From assembly GCF_035084215.1 (NCBI RefSeq), contig NC_090335.1, positions 56,172,001 to 56,236,000 on the forward strand: a DNA stretch of 64,000 bases. The letters run 5' to 3'. Below, piece by piece: positions 63,668 through 64,000 of the stretch. The position numbers were made by a program, and so were the translations under genes. The notes beneath the pieces are model-generated. The model was given only the letters and a program-made list of their open reading frames with translations, was not told where the DNA came from and ran no database searches. The stretch comes from Heptranchias perlo (Eukaryota). Position 1 is the stretch's first letter. Every line of letters starts with the position of its first letter.

Positions 63668-64000
63668 GTGTGTAGAAGTATATTATCTAATATGTTGATG
63701 CACTAATTCCAAGATTTGTATTGCAAGCATGTTCAGAAAAGAACTGTGATGCAAGAAATGTTACAAACAGTGAAATCTGCTGTCTACCCCATCGTGCTAA
63801 AAATGAGTACTGACTTGAACATTAATTTGGGAAGGATCTACATATGACTAATACAGAAATTGCACTTGATCTGTCAGGATCTGACACTCATGGAACTTAG
63901 ACCCTTTAATTTCATATCTTCCAATTTCATGATTGGCTAGATTGAAGGTATTGTAAACATTGATAGCAATGTAATTGGATGTCCCCAGAGTCTTAGTATT

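Noticed and set aside
1-64000. CRISPR arrays, rRNA genes or prokaryotic systems
   Set aside because: No regularly spaced repeats or rRNA-like sequence. The DNA is intron-containing vertebrate sequence, and most short ORFs in the track are repeat-derived or spurious.

Overview
Vertebrate genomic DNA, most likely a cartilaginous fish (shark), inferred from its repeat content: CR1, L2, Penelope and Deu-type SINEs. It holds four genes in two head-to-head pairs: TRMT10C (-, single coding exon) with TXNL4B (+, 3 coding exons, 149 aa), and an intact single-coding-exon FAM172B/ARB2B (-) with the 5' part of SENP7 (+, 5 phase-compatible coding exons, running off the window). A decayed intronless RIDA pseudogene that the ORF track misses lies at about 3.5-3.9 kb. 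The most unusual object is a 3.27 kb APE-RT LINE in a SENP7 intron (51140-54411). It begins with a tRNA-Thr(AGT)-like Pol III head, lacks ORF1, and by my line-by-line scan has no TTTT on its sense strand. That suggests a protein-coding retrotransposon transcribed by Pol III, with a short head+tail SINE derivative nearby. Also present are an 88-bp-arm Penelope-type palindrome with hammerhead cores and a 12-bp TSD, a MITE, and nested retroelements. All homology calls come from my recall of family motifs; no database search was run.
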